Part shown: positions 13,438 to 27,256 of the stretch, piece after piece
Position numbering within the stretch: the stretch's first letter is position 1
Layout of the letters: each line of letters begins with the position of its first letter
Source: the human T2T-CHM13v2.0 reference genome, Homo sapiens
Assembly: GCF_009914755.1 (NCBI RefSeq)
Contig: NC_060931.1
Direction: 5' to 3' (one strand)
DNA length: 64,000 nt
Translations under genes and position numbers: made by a program
The notes under the pieces: model-generated
Told to the model about the DNA's origin: nothing
Seen by the model: the letters and a program-made list of their open reading frames with translations, nothing else
The model's database searches: none

Positions 13438-14267
13438 TTCAAACACGGAGAAACCAGGACCCCGAGCAGTTTGAGTGTACTGGTAATGGATGCAGCTTTG
13501 GCCAACTAGCTGAGTGAGAACACAAGGAGCCGTGACTCCGACGCCCAGGCCTGTGTCCTGGATGGGCCGTGTGCAGCGAATCCGTTGGCGACTCCTAACT
13601 ACCAAGAAAAGGAGCTCTCGGAGGAGATTTCGTCGAGTGCTACGTGTGGCTGTGATAAGGGCAGGCAAAGCGTCTTAGCACTCTACAGCTCTGGCGTGGT
13701 TGGAGGGAGGGTGGGGGTTTCTCCATCTCTGGAAGCTCTACACTTAAACATTTTAAGTTAAATTACATTTATATAGTATTTTCATAATTTATATTGCTTA
13801 AAATTATGATTTGCATGCTAAGATGCAAACTTACGTGATATCTTCTTTAGACATAATGCTATTAAGAGCACATGCTTTATAAAATAAAACTGGTCTCATT
13901 CATATCAGGTGCAGAAAGCCAGTCCTGAAAGCATAGACTATCCCTTATTCTGGCTGTTATTAAGGAAAAAATTCATTTAAAAAATACAGTAAAGATTGAA
14001 ACCAAGTTTACTGTTTCTTGAACAGAATAGGAAGAAAATATTTTAAATGGCTGAGCTGGTCATTAGACTATTACTCATTTATCTTAAAGGCAGAAACTTG
14101 TCAACCCAACTACGTGAAACAGAGAAGCATGATTTGCTTAAGCAGGCGACATTAGAGTTAGGCCTCTCCACTGAAGCTTCCCGACCGTCAGCACGTGGCA
14201 GACAGGACGCGCCCATCATTCCGCAAGGGAGAACCGGAGAGGCCCGGGAGAGTCCTTGGCTGTCCTC

Positions 14268-14343
14268 TCATCGAATGATGGGTGCTGAGCGATCATTCGT
14301 CACAGTCGGACGGAGTTTCACAGTGGCAAAGGGGTTTTCTCCG
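14268..14343 (-). CDS. BAIAP2L1: BAIAP2L1/IRTKS last coding exon (exon 14): NPF motif plus WH2-like actin-binding tail
   Basis: Acceptor TTATCCCCTGCAG|. Translates (S)[24 protein letters not shown]; 76 nt. Confidence 0.96.
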
Positions 14344-14820
14344 CTGCAGGGGATAAGAAAAATCTTTCAGAACTTCTGCTCTACGAGGGAAACTGGATTT
14401 TAACAGTGCTAATAACCCGTTCTTGCCCTGTGAGACTGGGCGGCTGACCACCTCCCCAGCTTGTACAGGTCCCAGCAGCGTTTTCTGAGTGTGAAAGTTT
14501 TGTTCAGTGATGATTCCTACACCATACCACCTGCTGCAGAACGATCCCAGGTTTTAAGCGTTCTGGACGTGGGCACCCACACCTCTTTAGTCCTGCATTG
14601 TGTGTGACATGGGGGTCACTCTGGGGTGGGGAGGCCCTGCTCCCAGCGTGGTCTAAAGTAGTTGGTAAAGCGAGCAGGGGGCTGCACTCCCCCATGGCTC
14701 CACAGGCCGAGGCCTTTCTCAGGCTGGACCCCCTGGGCTGGGCACCGAAGGCCCTTCCGGGGGACACTACAGGGAAGAGCAATGTCACACACTGAGGCTC
14801 ACGTAGGAAGCCACGCCTAC

Positions 14821-14858
14821 CTGAGAAAAGGCGGCTTTGCAGTCCCGTTGGCATCGTT
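14821..14858 (-). CDS. BAIAP2L1: BAIAP2L1 exon 13, 38 nt
   Basis: Acceptor TCTTTCTCACAG|, donor CAG|GTAGGC. Translates NDANGTAKPPFL(S); phases join exons 12 and 14. Confidence 0.94.
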
Positions 14859-14909
14859 CTGTGAGAAAGATAAAGAAGTTTATGGAGGGCTTAGAATTGG
14901 TCTTTTAAA

Positions 14910-15040
14910 AATTATTTTAGGTAGAGATGGGGATTTGCTATGTTGCCCAGGCTGGTTTCGAACTCCTGAGCTCACGTGATCCTTCCACCTTGGCCTCCTA
15001 ATGTGCTGGGACTACAGGTGTGAGCCGCTGCGACTGGCCT
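14910..15040 (-). mobile_element. Alu left monomer (FLAM-like)
   Basis: Monomeric Alu consensus. Confidence 0.8.
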
Positions 15041-17090
15041 GTATTGGAGATTTTTAATAAGACCCGAAGGTAAAGACATCTAAAACATAAGGGATGTTTA
15101 AAAGTGCCCTGTCCCAATCTGTTAGACTGTCTAAATTCACTTGGAAGAATAAGGCAAGAACAGAAAACGCTCTGAAAGGCGGTAGCGGCCCTCCCAGGTG
15201 TCAGAGCGTGAACAGAGCATGGCACTGCCTGCGCGGGTCACCCGTGATGTCGGGAGCTCACATGTGAACGAGCCGCCTGCTAAACTCGGAAACAGTTTCA
15301 CAAAATGAAGCTTGAGCAACAGAGCGACATCACAGAAGAAAACATTTGTGCCAAACAGAACCTCTCAGACTCGGGGCAAACAGAGATCCCACAGGTCCTC
15401 AGCCACGGTCTTTTGAACGCAGAATCTAGTGACTGGGATGTGCTTTTTGGGAGCTGACTCCTGAAGCATGACAAAGAAACAGGAAATAAAAATAAAACCC
15501 CACTGGCTTTGGGGCTGCTAGAGCCAGGGATCTTGTAGGAAGCTCAAACTGAGGAAAAGAGAAGGTGGAACCAAAGTGCAAAGGTGCCTACAGGGCTCGG
15601 GTGGGGAGCAACTCCTTCCAGCACCTGCCACCCAGGGCGAGCCAGGGCCAGGTGTGTGCGCGCCTTCTTTCCCTCACTCCAAAAAGCCTGGAGGGTTTAA
15701 CACTCTTTCCTGCCTGCACACAGGGAGTGGAGTCAGGCAGCCGCCCAGGAGAGGGCAGTGTAACACTGTGTAACCAGCCTGTGGCCCGGCCACACCGTCC
15801 TGACAGCCCCAGGAAGCGTCCCAGCACCCCCAGGGGGTCTCAGGGAGCACGCAGACCTCTCAAGATTGACTTAGGGGAGGCCCTCTCATGCCCGATGCCA
15901 GCGCTAGAGCGCAGGCCATTCCTGGACATGGAGGCCCAGGCCAGGCCTCCTCTGGGATGGCCTCCACTGCATGTTGGGTGTACAGGCTGTGGAGACGGAA
16001 GGCAGGTTGGGAGCCCCAGGGCTGTGCCTGAGACCTGTCCCACCCTCCCCAGATCCCCTGGGCAGGGCATCTGGGGCCAATTCATTGTCTGCTTTTCATC
16101 ACTGGAGCACAAAGCCACTGACCTGCCTTGCACATCCTACAGGGCTTTAAATGGCCGCAAAAGTGACTTCCTGCGGGGCACTCAACGCTTCCCTAGCAGG
16201 CCTCAGAGGAAGTCCTTGCTGGTGTGAGGTGCATGCTCTGCGATTATGATGGGCTAATTTATGATTTAAATGCACCAGGGTGCCTGTCGCATGTGCTCAC
16301 GGTGCTGGCATTCGTGGACTCTGTTGCAGAAGGGCCATGGCTGGGCCTGAGGCACGATTCATGCCAATCCTGACTCCACTCTGCCCTCCCCTCCTCTCCC
16401 ACTGGAGTCATCTGACTCCTTGGGGCCAACACCATCTCCCTCACATGTGCAGCTTATGCTAGGGGAAGGCGCTTCCCAAACTAGAAACCAGAAACACCCT
16501 CCACCCACCCCAAGCACACCCCGGAGCTTGTTCAGAGCCTCCTGGGCCCCCACGGGACTTTAAAAAGGTCCCAGTAAATCCTCACAAAGAACGCAGCAAG
16601 AAGCACCGACTCCTGCCAGGAGGACTGAGGAGGAAAAAGAACGCTTAAGATGACAGCTGGAAGCCACTCAGTGTCGGGCCAACCCCGTGCACGCATGCCT
16701 GGGGCCCAACAATCCTGCTCCCTGTAGGAACAAGCAGGGCACACACCCATGGGCACCGAGACACTCGGGCAGCCCTGGAGAAACAGCCCAGACCAGAAAC
16801 ACCAGACGCCCGTCAAGGGGAGAGTCAGAACCAGCTTCTGTGCAGACAGCAGGTCACCACACAGCACTGAGCGACTGTCCCTACGGGGCCACCCCAGACA
16901 GCCATCTCTGTGCCAGGGCTTGGGGAGTCTGGTGTTGGAGAAGGGATGGTCACGGAGGTGGGCCATGCCGGGTGATCGTGGGGGCCGGGAACGTCCTGCT
17001 GGGTATACGGAGTCACATCATGAAAATTCATTGTGTGCTTTTCTGTCTGTGGTATTCTGTAATACAATGTTTACTTTAAAATATGTATTG

Positions 17091-17420
17091 GGCCAGGGAC
17101 AGTGGCTCATGCCTGTAATCCCAGCACTTTGGGAGGCTGAGGTGGGCGCATCACCTGAGGTCGGGAGTTCGAGACCAGCCTGACCAACATGGAGAAACCC
17201 CGTCTCTACTAAAAATACAAAATTAGCTGGGCGTGGTGGCGCACGCCGGTAATCCCAGCTACTCAGGAGGCTGAGGCAGGAGAATCGCTTGAACAGGGAG
17301 GCAGAGGTTGTGGTGAGCTGAGATTGCACCACTGCACTCCAGCCTGGGCAACAGAGTGAGACTCCGTCTGTAAAAAACAAAAAAACAAAAAACCAACAAA
17401 ACAAAAACAGAAACAACAAA
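17091..17420 (+). mobile_element. Alu (AluSp-like)
   Basis: GGTCGGGAG...CCTGACCAACATGGAGAAACCCC; CAAAA-type tail. Confidence 0.88.
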
Positions 17421-18685
17421 AACATATTGGACGTGTTCAGGCAGATTTCCCGTTTAACATCTGCATGTTTCTCAGGGACCTGAAACCTCAGCACTCCTTC
17501 TGGATACAAGGCTGGCAGGAGCCTCTCTGCCTCCCTCTCCACTGCAAAGGAGACCCACGAGGGCAGGGGCTTGGCACATACGGTGCCTCTTATCTGGTGG
17601 CCCCCAAGGGTCTCACAGCATCCTCCCTGCGTCCCTGTCTCAACCGCATACCTCACACTCAGCCCACTGTGGTGGTCACTGAACATAGACCTGCCCTCCT
17701 CTCTGTTCCCTTTCCTTGCAGTGGGGGACACCTCCAAGCCACAGGCAGCACTGCCACCGGCACCCAGGGCCCCGCGGGCACTGCCTGCTGCATGTCCTGT
17801 GTCCCCAACAAGACAGGAGACCACTAAGGCCACGAAACCAGCAGCCACTATGAGAGTGGTTGGGCTGCAACTGGAGACTATAGAGCGAGGCCACCAAGTG
17901 GCTGACTGCGGCCAGGGTGGACACATCTTGTGATCCCCCATCTCCCGCAAGAATCCAAGAATCCAAAATGTGTGTGTGGACACTGGCTGACCACCCATCA
18001 CTCGATGCCTGGTCCACACCCCCTTCCCGACTGTACGGAGCTTCCAGGGTGCCCACCACATAGCCATGCGCCCAGGTTGGGGGACTAGTTGACCTGGCTT
18101 TCAGAGGGGTCCCGGGCAGCTCGGAGCACCGAGCACCACTTTTTCCCTTGGGCTGCAGCAGAGAATGCTGGTGGCCCTCACTGCAGAGGGCAGGACAGAG
18201 TGAACAGGGCCAGTGCAGGTGGCCTTGCTCCTGAGCAGAATGGAACAGCCCTAAGGAACATTTCCAAGCCAGCTGGAGGCCAGTTACTCGCAACAAAAGT
18301 GGCCCTCACTGACACCTGTCTTCAGTGTGAAAACCCATTCCAGTCCTCGTCTGTGGCCCGGACTTGTCTTCCAGTTCACTTCTGATCTAGTTCAACCCCT
18401 TTATTCTCAAAAGGGGGACGCTGAGGCCCAAACAGGGAAAAGCCAACTGCTCCGAGCCACTGGGATCTTTTTGGAAGCCAAGGCACCCATGTTGTGACGC
18501 AAACGAAGATGCGTGCAGGCCTGCACCGGGGGCACTGGCGGCTCTCAGGAGGGGCTCACGCCACGTGAGGGCGCGCTGTGAAATGCAGGCTTGCTTTTAC
18601 AAAGGAGAGCTGTGTGCTTATTTAAAATGTTGGGAGGGAGCCAATACTTCCTCACTTGGAACTGCAGTAGAAAATACGTAAATTA

Positions 18686-20920
<2,235 letters not shown>

Positions 20921-22211
20921 TGCTCGTCTCTGACACACACATGCTTGATCCATGATCCCTGCTGGTGAGGAGGCTGTGAGGCCAGGAGGCCCAGAACACA
21001 CAGCCATTCCCCTGCTCCCTGCTCCCGCCCTTGGAGCAGCACCAATGCGTCTGTAGGCTGTTTCCCACAGCTGCGCTCCCGGAACTCCTGACTGGGATTG
21101 GTCTGGATGAAACGTGGTCACTTGTCTAACAGGAGTGCTGTCTACAGAGGCTGGATGCGGGTGACAGTTGCGGTCCCTCCCCGCAATGCTTTTGCAGTCT
21201 GCATAGGATGTTAGAATAACAGCATGCAGATGACCGCGCCATGTCTTATCAGGAAAGCGTACTGATGTGGAGGCCAAGAAGCTGCTGGCTGAGATTTCAG
21301 AACTGGGTTTCTAACCTGCCGTGGGCCTTGGACAGCGGCTGCCATTCTTCTGTGCCTCCCTTTCTCCATTTCACGAGGCCCCGCTATCCCTCTACCTCCC
21401 CAGGAGGTCCCAGCACAGGCACTGCTCAGGAAGCACCACCGTGAGGTGCGAAGGGTGTGAAGGTACGAAAGACAGGAGGGCACCACAGGCTGGCGGCACC
21501 ACTCCCCTCGCAGGCCAGCCAGAAGCCAGGCAGCAGTGTGGAGGCTCATCCTGCCTCTCTGGCTGGTGCCCGACCCCAGCTCTTGAGCCCCCCAAGTCAC
21601 CGCAACGCCCAGGCCTTGTGTTTTTGCCGAAGCTCGTGCCTCAGAGCCTGGCTCCGACGCTTTCCTCCTAGAAGCCTCCCCTGATGCGTCCCAGGAACCC
21701 TGGCCTCTCCCCTTGTCCTCACCCCATGCATCGAGCGCTCCCTGGACTCCACCCCTGCGTGGGTCTCATTCCTCTTTGTGTCCTGAGGGCTTGGCTCTAG
21801 GCCGCCCAGTAGAGGCCGGCTGGATGAATGCTGATGGGACGGTCTCATCTCTGTCCACAAAACCCCTCCCCCACAGCCATACCCTCACTGCCATGTGACT
21901 GTGTTGACAGAAGTCTGCTGGCCTCAGAGGTCTGCGGCCCAGGAAATCTCAGCTGCCATCAGTGATAAACATGACCTCCCTGTGGGCGTCACCTCCACCC
22001 CTGTGCTGGATGGGCCTTCTCATCGATTTCAGTGATCATGAAGTTAATCAGCAGTCAGCACTCAAACACGTGCAGAATCAATGACAACTGAAATGATTAG
22101 AATCCGCATAAGGAGGGCATTCTCATGAGGTATCTGGGGCTTTTGAATGTTCTTGGATGAAACCAGAAATGAAAGGCTGCTAAAATGAAAGCCTGAAAGC
22201 CTTCTAGCTTT

Positions 22212-22368
22212 TTTTTTTTGGTATATATATATATATATATATATATTTTAAGTGGAGACGGGATTTCACCGTGTTAGCCAGGATGGTTTTGATCTCCTGA
22301 CCTCGTGATCCGCCCACTTCGGACTCCCAAAGTGCTGGGATTACAGGCGTGAGCCACCGTGCCCGGCC
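22212..22368 (-). mobile_element. AluY-like left monomer only, with 15-bp TSD and (TA)n linker expansion
   Basis: AAGCCTTCTAGCTTT at 22197-22211 and 22369-22383; GAGATC...CCATCCTGGCTAACACGG AluY-type features. Confidence 0.88.
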
Positions 22369-23149
22369 AAGCCTTCTAGCTTTCAAGACAGAAAGGGGGA
22401 ACCTGAAGATGATGGTGTGTGTGTGTGTGCACACGCGCGTCTGTGTGTGTGGTGGGGGTTAGAGGGAGGGTGGTCTTGGGGAAGTGAGCTTTGGCAGGTG
22501 CTGCCTGTGGAGGCAGCCGGGGACTGGATGACTGGGAATCTCTCCCGTGGAGGGGACAGCCTGAAGCTCGCGGGTGTGAGCTGAGAATACCAGCTCAGGT
22601 GGGAAGGGTGGTGGTGGTGTCCACATGGGCCAGCTGCGCTGGTGGAGGCTGCAGGGCACCAGGTCACCCCCTGCAGGCAGCCCCAGCTCAGCCCAACCCT
22701 CCAGGTCAGGGCCCTCGGGGACAGTGGTGTGCTTAAAGCTCTGCTGCCCGAGGAAGTGGGAAGCCGGTAAGAGGCGTGCACCGTGCGCTGGCAGTCTCCC
22801 GACACTGACAGAATGTCATGATCCAGCCAACGAAGAGGTTTAAGAATGAAGCCAGGTCACCTTTCCACTCCCCAGTGCTAAGTAAGGAGGAATCTGTCAT
22901 TACTGAGTACACTGATACTTACAACCAGTCTTCTTCCATTTATCCAATTCCCTGCAGTAAGAATGGCGGCGACAGTACTTTCTTCACCAAGCTTTATCTA
23001 CACGATAAATACGCTGACAATGACACGTTTTCATTTTCTAACACTGAAGACTATCCAGGGTTGGCCAAAGTGTCAGTGCTCTCACTTACAATGCCAGAGC
23101 TGTGATTTTTGGGGGCAAGATTCTTTTACCTTAAAAGGCATTATCCAAC

Positions 23150-23525
23150 CTCAATAAAGCAGCAGGCTAGGCGAACATCAACAGCTACTAACATCACAAA
23201 AAGAGATGGACGTCCACACGTGCCTCCTCACTGGTGAAATGCTCCAGCAAAACACAACAGTCAAACAAGCAAAACAGCAACAGACTCTGAGCAGGGCCTG
23301 AGGTCTAACTACCAATTTACAGAAATACAGGAGACACGGGGGACACCAACAGCAAAATCCAGATGGGGGACACCCTCCAGGACAAATGACTGGTTCTTCT
23401 ACAAAGAGACTGCTAAGGACAAGAGGCAGAGGGGGGACCTGCAGCTAGAAAAGGCCTCACGAGCCCTATCCACCAATTATAATGTATGGAGCTGATTTGG
23501 ATCCAGATTCAAACAACTACACTGT
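23150..23525 (+). mobile_element. Old L1 (L1MC/ME-like) 3' fragment
   Basis: CCAATTTACAGAAATACAGG...CAAAATCCAGA...TTTGGATCCAGATTCAAACAA resembles L1MC/ME 3' ends. Confidence 0.5.
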
Positions 23526-24935
23526 AAACCATTTTTCTTTTTTTATGAGACAGGGTCTCTGTCATCCAGGCTGGCATGCAGTGGTATGATCACAGTTCAC
23601 AGCAGCCTCGAACTTCTGGGTTCAGGCGATCCTCCCACCACAGCCTCCTGAACAGCTGGGACTACAGACATGTGCCACCGTACCTGGCTAATTTTTTATA
23701 TTTTTTGTCTACATAGGGTTTTGCTATGTTGCCAGTTTGGTCTAAAACTCCTGGGCTCAAGTGATCCTCCTGCCTTGGCCTCCCAAAGTGTTGGAATTAC
23801 ACAGACATGAGCCATTGCACCTGGCTTCAAAGACATTTTGAATGAAGTTTCAAAAGCTAGCATTCCTAAACCAAATCATGCCAATGCAGTCTACAATGAG
23901 GCAGGTCTACGTTCCCAGACTCCTCAAGGCTCACGCGTAGGTCTGGGGCAGGCACATCTTAGAAGCACATCCGTTTCATATCATCAAGACACTCCACACC
24001 TGGGCACCACTCACAGCTGAACTAAGGCCCTGGACACAAGGTATAGGGGCCTGGCTCCTTCGCCCCAAAGCAAGACAGCTCCTGGAGCGAGGGGTGCAGA
24101 CACCACCACCCAGCCTCCTCCCCTTCACCCACAGGTCTCACACCAGGGCGCACTAACCTCAGCCAACCCAGCCCGGGAGTGATGTCCAGCCGCGCTGCTC
24201 CCCACCACGCCATCACCTCACCTTGTGTTATTCTCTGCATGGCTTCTAGTGTCAGTGTTTTTGTTTATTTTTTATTGTCTGCTTCCTATCACTAGAACAG
24301 AAGTTCTGAAGAGGCAGGCAGAGTCCGGCCTTGTTCTCCTCTAGCTGGAGAGCCCACACCAGGGCCTCTGTGCGGTGGCGGGAATGGATGAACTGGTTCC
24401 GGGAGCCCAGGACCTCCATGCTGGGCCCCCAGAGGCACGTTAGGGTTATCTTTCAGGGTTATCGTTAACCCTAAACGCCGTGCCTAGAAGGTTTAGGGTT
24501 AAAGATAACATCCACAGTGCCTGGGAGTAAAGACTTTCTGAAGAAAGATGAAGTTACCACTTTTAATGTAAGCCTCTCTTCAGAAAATAAGAAAATGAAA
24601 GAAAATGGTGATTCAATGGCTAGAAGACTGCAGCCAGGCAGGAAAGATAAGAAACCTAATAAAATCTAGCAAACTAGAGGCGACTGTGTGTAAACTCTCA
24701 CTGACAAGATAGAGTCCACATGAAAGAAGGGCTGAAGTCAAGGAGGTGAAAGGCTGCATGACAAAGAAGGGAATCTAGAGGATCAAAGGCAGCAAGTCCC
24801 CTCCTCCCTCCTCCCCGGGGACACCACTCTCCCCCTGGGGACAGAGCAGAGCAAGGCGGTCACCACAGGACCTGCGCCTCCCAGTCGGGGATGGCGAGTC
24901 CAGGACCCAGGACGCCCTGCTGCGGCTTTACTCAC

Positions 24936-25116
24936 AGGAGCCGCGGTCTCGGGCTTGGACGCTGGGGCCTTAAAGGTGGATGTCGTCCTGGCCGAATCTG
25001 CTCTCCTGTCGGCAGCTGCCCCCATGGATAAGCATTCCAAGTAGTCGGGTGGGGGGATGACAACACTGCTATTCTCAGACAAGTTCACGGTGCTGATGCT
25101 TCTCACTGGTGTGGGG
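24936..25116 (-). CDS. BAIAP2L1: BAIAP2L1 exon 12, 181 nt (PPPDY WW-binding motif)
   Basis: Translates (S)PTPVRSISTVNLSENSSVVIPPPDYLECLSMGAAADRRADSARTTSTFKAPASKPETAAP. Donor CCT|GTGAGT, acceptor TTTGAG|. Confidence 0.94.
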
Positions 25117-25587
25117 CTCAAACCCAAAAAGGACACAGCACGTGTTAGATAATGTCTCACCACCAAACCCCAAACATCCTCTGTGTCCCTGACCAAGGAC
25201 AACAGTAATAGTACATCACCAATCAAAACCTGATCTTGATCTCACACACACAGACACACACAGTACATATATCAATACAAAAAACTGTATTTTTAAAATT
25301 TTTTTGCGACAGAGTCTCACTCTGTCACCCAGGCTGGACTGCAATGACATGATGTCAGCTCACTGCAACCTCTGCCTTCTAGGTTTAAGTGATTCTTCTG
25401 CTTCAGCCTCCTGAGTAGCTGGGATTACAGGTGCACGCCAGTGTGCCCAGCTAATTTTTTGTATTTTTAGTTGAGATGGGGTTTCACCATATTGGCCAGG
25501 CTGGTCTTGAACTCCTGACCTCAGCTGGGATTACAGCATGAGCCACCACACCCGGCCTAAAACACTAATGTTTTTAGCGGTTTCTAA

Positions 25588-25974
<387 letters not shown>

Positions 25975-27178
25975 TAAATTAGGGGCTGGCTCTTGATTGA
26001 TTTAATCTAAGGAAAGAAATTGGAGACTAGCAAAAGCTGGAGTGAGCAATGAGCTAAGAGTTAAAAAAAAAAAAATGTAAACACTTGAAATTTTAACATC
26101 CTAAAAGTGTTACTCAGTTTTTGTTCCCCAGCACAATGGCATTTTAGCTCTTCTGCTAGGGATGAAGATTGCAGACAGCATCAGACCCTGGGGAATGCAA
26201 CGTCGGACCTGGAGGCCTTCTACCTGGCTAGCTGGATGGGTTATGGGGGTTCTGTGAACTTCGATCCTCCCGCCTCAGCCTCCAGAGTAGATGGGACAAT
26301 GGGCATATGCCACTATGCCCTGGCTAATTGTTTATTTTTTTTGTAGAGATGGGGATCTTGCTATGTTGCGCAGGCTGGTCCTGAACTTGTGGCCTCAAGT
26401 AATCCTCCTGCCTCCATCTCCCAAAGTGCTGGGATTACAGGCACAAGCCACCGTGCCCGGCCAGTTTCCTCATTTTTTAAAGTGGGGGCCCACCTCATGG
26501 GTCTGCTGTGAGAATTAAGTGAAAAAATCAATGCAAAGTCCTTTGGACAGTCTCTAGGCAATAACTACTGTTAGTATCTGATCTGGAATACGGATTTGGG
26601 GGTTTTCGGCATGGAGGTGCTCAGCAAAGCCCATCAGTGTATTTCAAGCCATGGGAGTGGATGAGATGGCCCAGCACAGGCAGGAAGGATGGACCCAGGG
26701 TGACTCCCAAGAACACTGATGTTTAATTGATGGGCAGAAGAGGGGTGCAAAGAGCTGGTGAGGCAGAAGACAAACAGAGCACAGGTCAAGCAGCCGGGGC
26801 CAGAGAACATTCCAGAAAAAGCATACAACAGCGTTAAGGGCTGTAAGATAAGAACGGTAAGATAAGTGTAAGATAAGGACGGAAAACACATGGCTTGGGT
26901 TTAGCGACCAGGAGGGGCAGGGCACAGGGAGGGAGTTTCAGAGGGCTGCAGGACTGCGAGGAGTAGGTGGCCTGGGCTGGGTCTCCTCACAGCAGCAAAG
27001 CTCGGGGACAACAGAAATCACGGCAGACAGCACTGTGAGCCGCGGTCTCATCTCTGACTAGTCCACGAGAGCTGAGGCTTAGGGCAGGGCCTGCGACAGA
27101 GCTAGATGGTGGTGTGTTACAGAAACGACAAGGCAGGGGTTTCTGTCACCGGGAGAGCTCAGCCACGTTCAGGGCTAC

Positions 27179-27256
27179 CTTGGCGTGGGCACGGTCACTG
27201 CTTCTGTCTCATTTTCTTCCAGCAACTTCGTGTACGACGACGGGAACCAACCCCTC
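27179..27256 (-). CDS. BAIAP2L1: BAIAP2L1 exon 11, 78 nt (end of SH3)
   Basis: Translates (A)[25 protein letters not shown](S), including the SH3 GxFPxxY motif. Acceptor CCGGTAG|, donor AAG|GTAGCC. Confidence 0.96.

Larger units (their letters stand above)
12390..14267 (-). other. BAIAP2L1: BAIAP2L1 3'UTR (~1.9 kb, long form)
   Basis: Lies between the stop at 14268-14270 and the minus-strand AATAAA at 12413-12418. Contains an AT-rich block ~13740-14050. Confidence 0.65.

Noticed and set aside
17018-18067. 349-aa minus-strand ORF, the longest in the track
   Set aside because: About a third is an antisense Alu translation and the rest shows no recognisable domain. It is intronic with no supporting gene structure.
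18560-18574. CTCF-like GCCACGTGAGGGCGC
   Set aside because: Mismatches at core positions; cannot be called without a PWM score or ChIP data.
22415-22450. Alternating purine-pyrimidine tract with Z-DNA potential
   Set aside because: Short, common, and not near a promoter.
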